The translations under genes were made by a program, and so were the position numbers. A stretch of 64,000 nt of DNA from a virus (lineage: Duplodnaviria > Caudoviricetes). Numbering within the stretch: the stretch's first letter is position 1; the number at the start of each line of letters is the position of its first letter. This document shows positions 1-8,964 of this stretch, in pieces. The stretch covers positions 9,164-73,163 of the IMG/VR virus record IMGVR_UViG_3300042549_006197. One strand, 5' to 3'. The notes under the pieces were generated by a model, which worked only from the letters and a program-made list of their open reading frames with translations, was not told the DNA's origin and did not search any database.

Positions 1-104
1 TCAAGAATCTTCTGTGCTTTTTGGTAAGTTACATAAGCACCATAACAAAGTCCCGCACTAATTGTCAGACTTGTCGCGGATAGAATGATCGCTAGATGTT
101 TCAT
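1..104 (-). CDS. small membrane protein, runs off window
   Basis: Manual translation MKHLAIILSATSLTISAGLCYGAYVTYQK; hydrophobic N-terminus; not in ORF track. Confidence 0.5.
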   Translation of the reverse strand, partial: MKHLAIILSATSLTISAGLCYGAYVTYQKAQKIL

Positions 105-210
105 CGTCCATCTCCATATGAGCTAACCGTAATATGTAGTAAATGATATACGCAGTCATCGTAAGACCACAACATAATATTACAAGAACTCCCCACGGAA
201 ACTCATTCAT
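58..210 (-). CDS. small membrane protein (50 aa)
   Basis: Manual translation MNEFPWGVLVILCCGLTMTAYIIYYILRL; overlaps neighbours in operon style. Confidence 0.5.
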   Translation of the reverse strand: MNEFPWGVLVILCCGLTMTAYIIYYILRLAHMEMDDETSSDHSIRDKSDN

Positions 211-403
211 TCCACCAACCCTCTTGTTTATGAATCCAAACTTTCAATTCTTTTACATAATTTCTTAAGGTTTCTGCTTGTGAAAGGTGCCAGTCGTCAC
301 CCGTTTTCAGGTGCAATCTCATATGCTCATCTACAGCATCGAGACACTTTTTAATTACCGGGTTCCAGGGCTCCCGAACTGGCGTGTTCCATTCTCTTGG
401 CAT
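203..403 (-). CDS. hypothetical phage protein
   Basis: 66 aa ORF with GAGG RBS upstream, in operon. Confidence 0.7.
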   Translation of the reverse strand: MPREWNTPVREPWNPVIKKCLDAVDEHMRLHLKTGDDWHLSQAETLRNYVKELKVWIHKQEGWWNE

Positions 404-420
404 AATACCTCATGTTTTTA

Positions 421-768
421 TTAGACTCCTGTACGTGGTTGAACAAAACCCTCACCTTCATCTACTTTAGTTTCAAGAGCTTCAACTCTCTCTTCTAAAG
501 TTACAGACAGTTCTTCAACTGGAGGTTCTGGGGGAGCAACAACAAACTCCTCTCTACGTGGCTCTTCTTTTTTTTCATCATCTTCACCACCTTTCTTCAT
601 GGTGTTGATACCAAAGGTAGCGGCTGAAGCGGTAAATACTGTCGCAATGAATGTTGGATCCATCTTTGACAGCATACCTGCATAACTGGCAGTAAGAAGA
701 GCAGCAGACCAACTCAAGATAGCAATACGAATAATTTGTCCCATAGCATTTTCCTTTTTCTTATCCAT
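421..768 (-). CDS. two-TM membrane protein, holin-like candidate
   Basis: Two hydrophobic helices then an acidic tail; directly downstream of the lysozyme. Confidence 0.55.
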   Translation of the reverse strand: MDKKKENAMGQIIRIAILSWSAALLTASYAGMLSKMDPTFIATVFTASAATFGINTMKKGGEDDEKKEEPRREEFVVAPPEPPVEELSVTLEERVEALETKVDEGEGFVQPRTGV

Positions 769-786
769 CTTAGTTAGTGTGGTAGG

Positions 787-1458
787 TTAACTTTTTTTCC
801 AGGCTTCGCCTTCTGCCTTTCTTCTACGTGCAAGACCTGCTTCTACATTTGAACCAGGATTGCGATACATATAAAGAGCATCGGGAACCATGTCCCACTC
901 CTTATTCTTCAGGCGTTTAGTAATAGTATTAAAGTTATCACCACCGTAAAAGCCGGCACCAAGATTATAAGCAAAGCTGAGCAGAGCGCCTCTTTTTCCA
1001 TCTGACATTTCATTCCAATGAGGGATCTTACGAAGGGCAGGAAGAAACTGATTCTTGCACTGACTGATCAGCAATTCATCGGCTTCTTGCTGGGTAATTT
1101 TATCGCCAAGTTTGAAAGGTGATCCATCTTTCTTGCGAGTAGATCCCCAACCAATCGTGATTGGAAGTCCGCCAGATAAAGGATCTGGATATGCAGATAA
1201 ATGACATCCTTCAAACTCTTTGATTAACTTGATGCCCATCATTGGAACATCATCACCACCGCTAGTCACAGGAGCAGTTGCTGCAGCTGCCGGTGCTGCA
1301 GCGTTCGACTTTTTTCCGCGATAGATTTCTGCCCAATCTACGTTGTCCTCAAGGAACTTAACAGGGAGATTATCTTCTAACCACTGAACTGCCTTGACGT
1401 GATTGGGGTTCTTCTCGTCATAGAACTTGAAAAAGTTGTGTAAATCGATACGTGCCAT
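787..1458 (-). CDS. endolysin, GH24 lysozyme with N-terminal accessory domain
   Basis: KEFEG..AYPD..TIGWG (E-D-T triad), SFAYNLG, GLARRRKAE; start MARIDL with GGAG RBS. Confidence 0.9.
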   Translation of the reverse strand: MARIDLHNFFKFYDEKNPNHVKAVQWLEDNLPVKFLEDNVDWAEIYRGKKSNAAAPAAAATAPVTSGGDDVPMMGIKLIKEFEGCHLSAYPDPLSGGLPITIGWGSTRKKDGSPFKLGDKITQQEADELLISQCKNQFLPALRKIPHWNEMSDGKRGALLSFAYNLGAGFYGGDNFNTITKRLKNKEWDMVPDALYMYRNPGSNVEAGLARRRKAEGEAWKKS

Positions 1459-1472
1459 TGTTTGTTCTCCTA

Positions 1473-2144
1473 TCAGTCGAAAATTCTGCCCCAGCCATCG
1501 TTGCCACCTGGACACCAACGATGCTTAAGAACTGCTTTGGTATAAATGGTCTTCTTACCATTTGTCACAGGGCCTGTATAGTTGTCATTCAGAGAACCAT
1601 ATGGGTCATTAACATAATATCCTTTGCCGTCTGGAGTCTTACCGATTACAACACACATATGCCCACCAGTAGGTGCAGAAAGAGAACCCCTATGCAGGAT
1701 ACCAATAACGACAGGCTTCCCAGCGTCAAGACTTTTATCAATATCAGCAAAAGAAAGATTGTAACTAAAGTGTGACTTAACTCCATAACCTGCCAGAACC
1801 TTTGTCTGTACCGAATGGTCAGTCGTGTCGCCAATCGCAAATACTTTCTTAACATACTCATCATCACCCTTAATCGATCCTGGCTTAAGGAAAGCAAGGC
1901 ACATAGCACACGATGAACTGTTGCAAGTTCTATGTGCATCTCTGTAGTTATCTACTTGGTTGAAGTATGGAACTGCAAGAACTTCTGGTGTAGGGGGTTT
2001 AGTTCTAAAAATTCCGATCCACTCGGTTTCTGCGTCATCCATGAAGTTAGCAGGTAGGTTGTCTTCCAACCATTGAACTGCTGCTACATGATTTGCATTA
2101 CCATCATCATAAAATTTGAAAAAGTTATGAAGATCTAATGTCAT
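1473..2144 (-). CDS. C39-like cysteine peptidase with the same N-terminal domain as the lysozyme
   Basis: VPYFNQ..TCNSSSCAM, GHMCVVIG, VNDPYG (Q/C/H/D papain-like residues). Confidence 0.85.
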   Translation of the reverse strand: MTLDLHNFFKFYDDGNANHVAAVQWLEDNLPANFMDDAETEWIGIFRTKPPTPEVLAVPYFNQVDNYRDAHRTCNSSSCAMCLAFLKPGSIKGDDEYVKKVFAIGDTTDHSVQTKVLAGYGVKSHFSYNLSFADIDKSLDAGKPVVIGILHRGSLSAPTGGHMCVVIGKTPDGKGYYVNDPYGSLNDNYTGPVTNGKKTIYTKAVLKHRWCPGGNDGWGRIFD

Positions 2145-2168
2145 TGGATATTAATCTAAACACTGGAG

Positions 2169-2176
2169 TATTTATA
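2169..2176 (-). promoter_or_regulatory. T4-type late promoter TATAAATA
   Basis: Exact TATAAATA ~25 nt upstream of the peptidase start. Confidence 0.8.
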
Positions 2177-2201
2177 AAAAAAGCGCCCTTTCGGACGCCT
2201 T
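2176..2201 (-). terminator. rho-independent terminator
   Basis: GCGTCC-GAAA-GGGCGC followed by T7, after the peroxiredoxin. Confidence 0.8.
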
Positions 2202-2207
2202 GATTAT

Positions 2208-2735
2208 TTAAACTGTAGTGCCAACTTTTACATTTGCTGACACATACTCTAGAACAACTTCAGGAGTAGTCTGCTCATAAGGGTCGGAGTCGGCATTGTC
2301 CCGTTGCCCCACTTCCACGAATAGTTTCTCGATGACTCCGTTATCCACGACAGCAGCATAACGCCAAGAGCGATCACCGAAACCAAGGTTAGACTTGTTG
2401 ACAAGATATCCCATAGAACGTGTGAAGTAAGCATTGCCGTCTGGAATGAGTTTGACTTTCTCAATGTTCTGGTCCTTAGCCCAGGCATTCATGACAAACC
2501 CATCATTAACAGAAACACAATAAATGTCATCAATACCAAGTCCAATGAATTCTTCATACTTCTCTTCAAATCCAGGGAGTTGATAAGCAGAGCAAGTAGG
2601 AGTGAATGCACCAGGCAGACTGAAAATAACCACACGCTTACCATCGAAAAGTTCCGAAGATGTACGAGTTACAAATTCACCGTTCTCGCGGAATGTAAAT
2701 TCAACTTGAGGAATTTGATAATTCTCTTTACGCAT
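2208..2735 (-). CDS. peroxiredoxin (Prx5/redoxin family)
   Basis: PGAFTPTCS motif, SVNDGFVMNAW, RSWRYA; likely start MRKENY. Confidence 0.92.
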   Translation of the reverse strand: MRKENYQIPQVEFTFRENGEFVTRTSSELFDGKRVVIFSLPGAFTPTCSAYQLPGFEEKYEEFIGLGIDDIYCVSVNDGFVMNAWAKDQNIEKVKLIPDGNAYFTRSMGYLVNKSNLGFGDRSWRYAAVVDNGVIEKLFVEVGQRDNADSDPYEQTTPEVVLEYVSANVKVGTTV

Positions 2736-2746
2736 GTTCACTTCCA

Positions 2747-2866
2747 TCAAAATACGCCGGGAATAATTTGACCAGTAGTAAGATATGAACCGGCAGCGGC
2801 CAGAAATCCAAGCATTGCCAGGCGTCCATTCCAACGCTCAGCGAATTCGGTAAAAATTTTGTTCAT
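2747..2866 (-). CDS. hli: high-light-inducible protein (39 aa)
   Basis: Manual translation MNKIFTEFAERWNGRLAMLGFLAAAGSYLTTGQIIPGVF with AExxNGRxAMxG and TGQIIPGxF; below ORF-track cutoff. Confidence 0.95.
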   Translation of the reverse strand: MNKIFTEFAERWNGRLAMLGFLAAAGSYLTTGQIIPGVF

Positions 2867-2877
2867 TGTGTTTCTCC

Positions 2878-2964
2878 TTAGTAAGTTTCGGAAAGTTGTT
2901 CTACAGATACTGCCAACAATACAAAGAAAGCGACAGAAGTAATTGTAAAGATTGCTTCAGTCAT
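2878..2964 (-). CDS. 28-aa single-TM peptide between hli genes
   Basis: MTEAIFTITSVAFFVLLAVSVEQLSETY; TGATG coupling to the upstream hli. Confidence 0.6.
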   Translation of the reverse strand: MTEAIFTITSVAFFVLLAVSVEQLSETY

Positions 2965-3158
2965 CAGAAGATACCGAAGAAGAAGTTGCCAGTGCTAATA
3001 TAAGATACGAGACCAGCAACAAAACCGACCATTGCCCAGCGCCCATTGGTTCTCTCCTTTACTTGGTTGGGAGTCAGTTGTCCGTAGTTCTCATAATACA
3101 TGGTGGGTTCTTTAGCAAACATATTTTGCTGACCACGCTCATTAGTTGTTACAGTCAT
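2964..3158 (-). CDS. hli: high-light-inducible protein
   Basis: ERTNGRWAMVGF chlorophyll-binding motif; N-terminal NMFAKEP typical of phage Hlips. Confidence 0.92.
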   Translation of the reverse strand: MTVTTNERGQQNMFAKEPTMYYENYGQLTPNQVKERTNGRWAMVGFVAGLVSYISTGNFFFGIF

Positions 3159-3167
3159 TTTCGTTTT

Positions 3168-3214
3168 ATTACGAATTGTTACACAATTATATAGCAAAAA
3201 TAAAGGGGAGTCAA
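3168..3214 (-). promoter_or_regulatory. sigma70-type promoter with HLR1-like direct repeat
   Basis: TTGACT-N17-TATAAT (3214-3186); ATTACGAA-TT-GTTACACA on + strand at 3168-3185. Confidence 0.7.
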
Positions 3215-3222
3215 GCTCCCCC
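3202..3222 (-). terminator. terminator hairpin overlapping the hli -35 box
   Basis: GGGGAG-CTTGA-CTCCCC followed by TTTATTTTT. Confidence 0.7.
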
Positions 3223-3241
3223 TCGTGATTTTATTAGCAAA

Positions 3242-3697
3242 TCAGAACTTGTATCCAACACCAACAGTTGGGGTGTAGGTCGTAGAAGAACCAAACCCAA
3301 ACTTAAGATCGGTGAACAGGACTACATTTTTTGCCACTTCACCTTCTACGCCAAGCACAGCAATGCCTGCAACTTGATTATTAGTGTTGATGGCAGTACC
3401 TGCTCCAAATCCAGCGCCGCCGCCGACATAGGCATTTACGTTGTTAGCAACAGGAACATCATAAGTTACATTAACGTTACCACCAGTTGCGCTGCCAATG
3501 GTAAGTTGAGGACGAAGAGAAACGGGAATCGTAGATCCAAGAGTACGAGAATCTAAACGACCACTCACGGAACCTGCAGTTCTATTTGAATTGGTTCCAA
3601 TCGCAGCACCAGCTGCAGCATAGTTACCAGTCAGTCCACCAGCAAAAGCGGGGCTAATCAGGAAAGGAGCACATGCAGCAAAAAGTGTATACTTCAT
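3242..3697 (-). CDS. outer-membrane beta-barrel protein
   Basis: Signal peptide (AFA cleavage), alternating beta-strand pattern, C-terminal VGVGYKF BAM-type signal. Confidence 0.75.
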   Translation of the reverse strand: MKYTLFAACAPFLISPAFAGGLTGNYAAAGAAIGTNSNRTAGSVSGRLDSRTLGSTIPVSLRPQLTIGSATGGNVNVTYDVPVANNVNAYVGGGAGFGAGTAINTNNQVAGIAVLGVEGEVAKNVVLFTDLKFGFGSSTTYTPTVGVGYKF

Positions 3698-3779
3698 ATT
3701 AAATGTTTTTAATAAACTACGGTAAATCCTAAGACATTCTTAAGATTGGTATCCAATCTAACACGAATTTTTAAGATTG

Positions 3780-4574
3780 TCAACCCTGAGCAACGGCTGA
3801 GTTTTCCACAACTCTTCCAAGATAAGGATCATAATCCATAAGTTCCTCAATCTTCAATTCAGCTCCACGCTGACTCCAGAAATTAAGAAGACCATCATGA
3901 TTACCCTTGTGGAACGCATCAATATGATCTGGATGAATTGATGATCCAAGTTCAATTTTATAAAGAAGAAGAGGAATACTATAAGTATTACCCGAATTAT
4001 AGATAAGATCGTCCGCAACAGGACGTGGCTTGCATCCATTATCGAGTTTATACTTTTCTCCTCGAACATGATGCTTCATTAATTTTTCAGCATGATGACG
4101 AGTGATCATATAACAAGCAGTAGAAAAATCATTCACGAAACGCTTGTGCAATTTGACATGAAGATCTCCAGTGCAAATAATTGCAATCTGCACTACATCC
4201 CAATCATAAGGAATGCGACCATAGAAATCATTCCAAGTAAAATTCCAGAACCTTACAAGATCTAAATTGCAATCATCTTCCATCATGATAGCATAGGGAC
4301 TATCGGACGTTTCGAGCCAATGTTTGATTGCTTTTAGGTGTGATGTGGTACATCCAATTTCACCTGAAGTCATCATCTCTGGATAGCGACCAGAAATAAT
4401 ATCACTCAGATCATCTTCTCTACCATCATATGCGGAGATTCGAGTATAGTTTTCAATCTCCCAATACTTGAACTGATCTTCCATGTATTGCCATCTATCT
4501 GGTTGCCCATCAAGATTGATGCAATAGATTGGACCAATATTTTTTAATTTAAAAGTCGATTTATTTCTATCCAT
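3780..4574 (-). CDS. glycosyltransferase family 25 (LPS biosynthesis-like)
   Basis: YCINLD..DR, RISAYDG, GEIGCTTSH, MEDD. Confidence 0.85.
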   Translation of the reverse strand: MDRNKSTFKLKNIGPIYCINLDGQPDRWQYMEDQFKYWEIENYTRISAYDGREDDLSDIISGRYPEMMTSGEIGCTTSHLKAIKHWLETSDSPYAIMMEDDCNLDLVRFWNFTWNDFYGRIPYDWDVVQIAIICTGDLHVKLHKRFVNDFSTACYMITRHHAEKLMKHHVRGEKYKLDNGCKPRPVADDLIYNSGNTYSIPLLLYKIELGSSIHPDHIDAFHKGNHDGLLNFWSQRGAELKIEELMDYDPYLGRVVENSAVAQG

Positions 4575-5368
4575 TAGACTTGATATACGGCTCCGTGTTG
4601 ATAAGTAAACCCCGTGACGGGTTGAATGTTTTCTTGTGGCATGAACAGATTGACCCCTAAGAATTTAATAGGAGCATCACCCCATCTCTTAGTATAGATT
4701 CCACCATGTTCGCCAATCTTATTATAAAATTCCATGTAGGGACTTGTCAAGAACCAGTCCACTTTACCCAATTCAAAATTAGTATAGAACATCATACCCT
4801 CAGGTATATGATTTGGGTATAGGTCGTTTGTAAATTCCCACAATCCTTCAATTACTTTTGGATTATCAGTTTGAACAGCAGGAGCAATAAAACCATAATA
4901 ACAATGATTACTTTCAGCCCAATCAAAAATATCATAATTCAATGGAGTATGTATAAAAGAATCTGTGTCTAATCTCAAGTAATAATTATAATTTCTTATA
5001 ATACTTTGATTATACATTTCGCCGGAGAAAAATCTACACATGTGGCGATACCCCATGGAAAATCCTGGATGCCCCCAGGCAACAGGACCATTTCCATGAG
5101 TTGGGTGTGGAAAAAATTCTGGTATGTGACGTGCAATTTCATTGGAATATTCTGGCACATCAAATTGAACTAGATTGTACTTAAGGTTTAAATTTGTTTT
5201 AACCTTTTCCACATACGGAAAAAATGAATCTTCTACAAAAACAATTACATCTGCAGAAGTAAACTTAAGTACATTCTCTTCAAGAAGTGCAAGAGACTTA
5301 TTGAACATTTCAACATCTTCATCAGAAGATCTGACAAGATAGATTATACAGTTCATAACATTTGCCAC
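4574..5368 (-). CDS. GT15 (KRE2/KTR-like) mannosyltransferase
   Basis: YRHMCRFFSG, YYLRLDTD, YTNFE, GGIYTKRWGDAPI. Confidence 0.8.
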   Translation of the reverse strand: MANVMNCIIYLVRSSDEDVEMFNKSLALLEENVLKFTSADVIVFVEDSFFPYVEKVKTNLNLKYNLVQFDVPEYSNEIARHIPEFFPHPTHGNGPVAWGHPGFSMGYRHMCRFFSGEMYNQSIIRNYNYYLRLDTDSFIHTPLNYDIFDWAESNHCYYGFIAPAVQTDNPKVIEGLWEFTNDLYPNHIPEGMMFYTNFELGKVDWFLTSPYMEFYNKIGEHGGIYTKRWGDAPIKFLGVNLFMPQENIQPVTGFTYQHGAVYQV

Positions 5369-6765
5369 TCTTTATAGGGTATCATGTTTGGGCTATGCGT
5401 ACCAATAAAAGATTGAGGATAAAATACTTTTGTGTTTGGTTGATTTGAGTCTAAGAAAGCGGACCAAAAACTAAACGTTGATACATGCAAAATATGATAC
5501 TCACATTCTACCATCTTTTGTAGTGATTGAAAAGCATTCCCACCAAATATTTCGAAATGCATATCAAAGTTATCCCTAAACCAAGATAACTTATATCGTG
5601 CTTTATTATTATCGTCAGCAAAGATATAAACTTTACTCTTTGCAGGAATTTTTTCAAATACTTTTATATAAAATTCATCATCAACATAACCATTGACATG
5701 ATCATCCGCAGGACGAGTGCAGAATCTTAGATGTAATGAAACTGTTCCAGATACATTGCTGGTATTAGTACCAAGAACATCTCTAACATCATCAAGATTT
5801 TCTACAGAGCCAAATCTAAACATGTCATTGATAACAAACTTAGTATCAAATGTTGTGGAAAGATTGCCTTGCCAATTTAGATTTGGAAAATATTTTTTCA
5901 TGTCCGCATGAGTTCCATCATGTCCACCAAGAAGTTTGTCAGAGTTGTATGATGGTGGATATAAGTTGCCACCATTCCATAGATCCCATGTACCAAACTT
6001 TGGCTCTGGCAGATTAAACTTCTTGCAGAATGAAATAACTTCTGCCATCTGAAATAAGTTATTACCAAGTCCACCGTGCAGTGTTGTACTAATAGTCCAA
6101 TTGTTAAAATCTACTGGAAGATGTTTTGCTTTTGGAGAACTGTCAATATGAACATCAATTCCCAACCACCCTAAACAACACAGTTGATATTGAGTATTAC
6201 CAAAAAACTCTGGAGCATCTACAATCAAAAAGTTATTTGGGTATTGCTCTTGCAACTCATTTGCAATACGATAATATTCATCCCAATATCTTTCCGTTGC
6301 ATGAAACTCATCTCTTGAATCGCTGTAATTTGGAAACTGACTTACAGCATATCGGTTATGACCAAATCCAATCGATCTATCCTTTACGTAGCAAGGATTG
6401 CGATATCCCCAAGACGTAGCTAAAGATTTAATTGAGTGCTCTCTTCTACCACGCAGACACAAGAATTTCATGTCCGGATAAAATTCCAGAAACTCAGGAA
6501 CATACTTTAAATATGAATGTGTGATGTTTGAAATCACCCACCCATCTTGATCATGATCAAAATGAAAGGATACTCTACGAATTCTTTCTTCCTTTGAAAG
6601 ACTTTCTGCATCCCAGATCAATCCATTACCTTCACTCCAAGTCTCAAAACTATTTTGATACTTAGGACCTCCACCTTTATATTTGATTGGAGTGTGATCT
6701 CTTAGAAGATAATTGGCCCGAAGAAATCCACATCCACCAGATCCGATAATATGAAAGTTACTCAT
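5353..6765 (-). CDS. fusion: sulfotransferase-like N-domain plus GT11 fucosyltransferase-like C-domain
   Basis: N-term HIIGSGGCG and KFLCLR..S; C-term GGLGNNLFQ, SLHLR, STFSFWSAFL. Confidence 0.65.
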   Translation of the reverse strand: MSNFHIIGSGGCGFLRANYLLRDHTPIKYKGGGPKYQNSFETWSEGNGLIWDAESLSKEERIRRVSFHFDHDQDGWVISNITHSYLKYVPEFLEFYPDMKFLCLRGRREHSIKSLATSWGYRNPCYVKDRSIGFGHNRYAVSQFPNYSDSRDEFHATERYWDEYYRIANELQEQYPNNFLIVDAPEFFGNTQYQLCCLGWLGIDVHIDSSPKAKHLPVDFNNWTISTTLHGGLGNNLFQMAEVISFCKKFNLPEPKFGTWDLWNGGNLYPPSYNSDKLLGGHDGTHADMKKYFPNLNWQGNLSTTFDTKFVINDMFRFGSVENLDDVRDVLGTNTSNVSGTVSLHLRFCTRPADDHVNGYVDDEFYIKVFEKIPAKSKVYIFADDNNKARYKLSWFRDNFDMHFEIFGGNAFQSLQKMVECEYHILHVSTFSFWSAFLDSNQPNTKVFYPQSFIGTHSPNMIPYKEWQML

Positions 6766-7573
6766 AAGCAATACCCCTCAATTCATACTCCCAACGAACA
6801 TCCGTGTTCATTCTTGGAGTTCCATTCGCTTCAATAATCTGCCCAACAAATATTCCATATTCCATTGGTTCATGTTCCGGGAATGGCCTGTTATCTTGAC
6901 CGATAGGATAGATTTCAGAAAGTTGATCTCTCACATTACCAGTAATATAAGGAATCAAACCAACACCATACGCTTGATCGTGAGGAACATGATCTCCTGG
7001 TTGAGTAGTTGGTTGTCCAGAAGGTTGAGTATTAGACCAATGATCATGACATACATGATCAAAAGCAATCATAGGCCACACATGTCTATGTAAAATAGAT
7101 TGATCATCCTCTCTATTATTTTGATGTGGGACATCAAGATTCAATTTCCCATACCGCTGATGATAGAGAGTATTATTAATACCAAACATTCCTGCCATGA
7201 TTGAATAACCATGATTATGACAGTCTCTCATAAGATGACATGCCTTATCTGTGGTTAACCATTCATCAACAGCTCTACGCTCTCTCCAAGATAATCGACT
7301 ATCACAATCTCGACTAATCCACACATCAACAGTGTCATCCAGAAAAGGAAGGAATCTCCAATTCAATGCGTCATAAGCACTGTATCTTTGACGAAGATAA
7401 ACTTCTGCATCATAATCTTTAAGTCTCCAAGTATACTCCTCTGGAGTATCCTGGTCCACATAAAATCTTGCTGTCCAATCAGGATAGATTTCTTTTGCAA
7501 GTCTTGCGTTTTCTACCGCACCTTCGCAATAAAGTGGATTAGAACCAAAGAGACTAAACGTTATCAGACGCAT
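6758..7573 (-). CDS. putative glycosyltransferase
   Basis: TFSLFG..Y..GA..N, WRFLP, SRDCDSR (DxD), MRD..H, DQ motif. Confidence 0.65.
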   Translation of the reverse strand: MRLITFSLFGSNPLYCEGAVENARLAKEIYPDWTARFYVDQDTPEEYTWRLKDYDAEVYLRQRYSAYDALNWRFLPFLDDTVDVWISRDCDSRLSWRERRAVDEWLTTDKACHLMRDCHNHGYSIMAGMFGINNTLYHQRYGKLNLDVPHQNNREDDQSILHRHVWPMIAFDHVCHDHWSNTQPSGQPTTQPGDHVPHDQAYGVGLIPYITGNVRDQLSEIYPIGQDNRPFPEHEPMEYGIFVGQIIEANGTPRMNTDVRWEYELRGIAYE

Positions 7574-8150
7574 ACCACGCTCCATAATAACAATCAGATG
7601 AATGAAATCCTCCTTCAGATCCACCACTAAAAATTTTTCCAAAGTCACCTAAAACATCAGTAAAAGTTTCTTTAGTGATGAAGTGTGGGTGTGCTTCATC
7701 AGTTGCACTTCCAATACTTTCAAAAACTCTAATTACCTTTGAGGTTTTCTTTGCGAGTTCGAGTTGTTCTTGTGGGTCAAGTACGTGCTGAACGACATTG
7801 AAGAACCAAGTCTCATCAACTTGTTCTTCAATCTCAAGATCTTCATAAGGTGCTGCGATAATTTCTACTCCAATTGCTTCATAGTCCCGACGAATCTCAG
7901 CAGGCCAACGATCAATCAATGGTTCTACAATAATTCCTCTTTTAAAGTTGCCTTCAGTTAGAAGGATAGAACCCCTTGGGCCGGCACCAACTTCAACAAT
8001 AACTTTATCTTTAAAGTCTTCTTTATAATCAAATTCAAGATATTTTGCAATGATTGAAGATGCATGATTATATGCTTCTCTACTTAAATCTTGATGATGT
8101 GAAAACTCCGTAGTTTGTGCCACATCCCACCTATCAATATCAATTCGCAT
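7554..8150 (-). CDS. class I SAM-dependent methyltransferase
   Basis: VEVGAGP motif I, VEPL motif II, NVVQHVLDP. Confidence 0.8.
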   Translation of the reverse strand: MRIDIDRWDVAQTTEFSHHQDLSREAYNHASSIIAKYLEFDYKEDFKDKVIVEVGAGPRGSILLTEGNFKRGIIVEPLIDRWPAEIRRDYEAIGVEIIAAPYEDLEIEEQVDETWFFNVVQHVLDPQEQLELAKKTSKVIRVFESIGSATDEAHPHFITKETFTDVLGDFGKIFSGGSEGGFHSSDCYYGAWYASDNV

Positions 8151-8964
8151 AAGGTAACTCTCGATGTTCAACAATTCTTCTGGTATTTATCAGATCTTTA
8201 TGACGCTCATAAAAGATCTTACTATTTTTATGGTGCGCTTTTAAAAGCCATGGAGCAGGAGATCCCGTTTCCACTCGTGTTCCCCCCCAACAATCTTCAC
8301 TTTCATAATCAATCCAATATGCACCTACAACTTTTCCAAGTTGTTTGTATGCTCGATAACAGAGATCATGATCATCCATATCCTGAGGTTCAAATGCTTC
8401 ATCAAGATAATCCAATTTCTTAAGATCATCATGATCAATCATCAACGGACCACGATTTACAGAACACCTAACAGCAAATACATCACGAGGTAGTGTATGT
8501 TTACGATCAGCATGATCTACATGATTGACAATATCACACCAACAATCATCAAGATCCTCTTCCATCCTCAAATGTTTTGAGTCTGGATTGAATACCCAAT
8601 TATGTGCAGTTCTGGAGGTCACTGCAAATACATCATCAAAAGCTCTGAAGGGTTTTTCTAATCTTTTATTCCAATCTTGCTCCTTGATAATCATATCATC
8701 TTGAACGATGATAATCTTATCACCCTCAGCATTTTTCATGCCAAGATTATTTGCCTTTGTTTCAAAAACATTTGGCGCATGAAGAAATTTTCTTTTAACA
8801 GGAGTACCACTCAGAGAGTCCCAGATAATCTTTTCAGAATTATCTGTGCATCCATCAATCACCACAATTAACTCATAAGGTTCTGCAGTATACTTGTAGA
8901 TACCTTCGATGACTCGCTCAATCAACCAGTCTTTATTGTGGACTGTAAGAATAATACTATGCAT
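8140..8964 (-). CDS. glycosyltransferase family 2
   Basis: SIILTVHN, VIDGCTDNS, QDD, DDHDLCYR. Confidence 0.88.
   Translation of the reverse strand: MHSIILTVHNKDWLIERVIEGIYKYTAEPYELIVVIDGCTDNSEKIIWDSLSGTPVKRKFLHAPNVFETKANNLGMKNAEGDKIIIVQDDMIIKEQDWNKRLEKPFRAFDDVFAVTSRTAHNWVFNPDSKHLRMEEDLDDCWCDIVNHVDHADRKHTLPRDVFAVRCSVNRGPLMIDHDDLKKLDYLDEAFEPQDMDDHDLCYRAYKQLGKVVGAYWIDYESEDCWGGTRVETGSPAPWLLKAHHKNSKIFYERHKDLINTRRIVEHRELPYAN

Noticed and set aside
2736-2834. N-terminal extension of peroxiredoxin in the ORF track
   Set aside because: The region encodes a 39-aa Hlip in another frame.
3726-3752. Possible Pho box (CTTAAGAATGT-CTTAGGA, 11-bp period) near the barrel gene promoter
   Set aside because: Poor match to the cyanobacterial PyTTAAPyPy(T/A) consensus and only two imperfect units.
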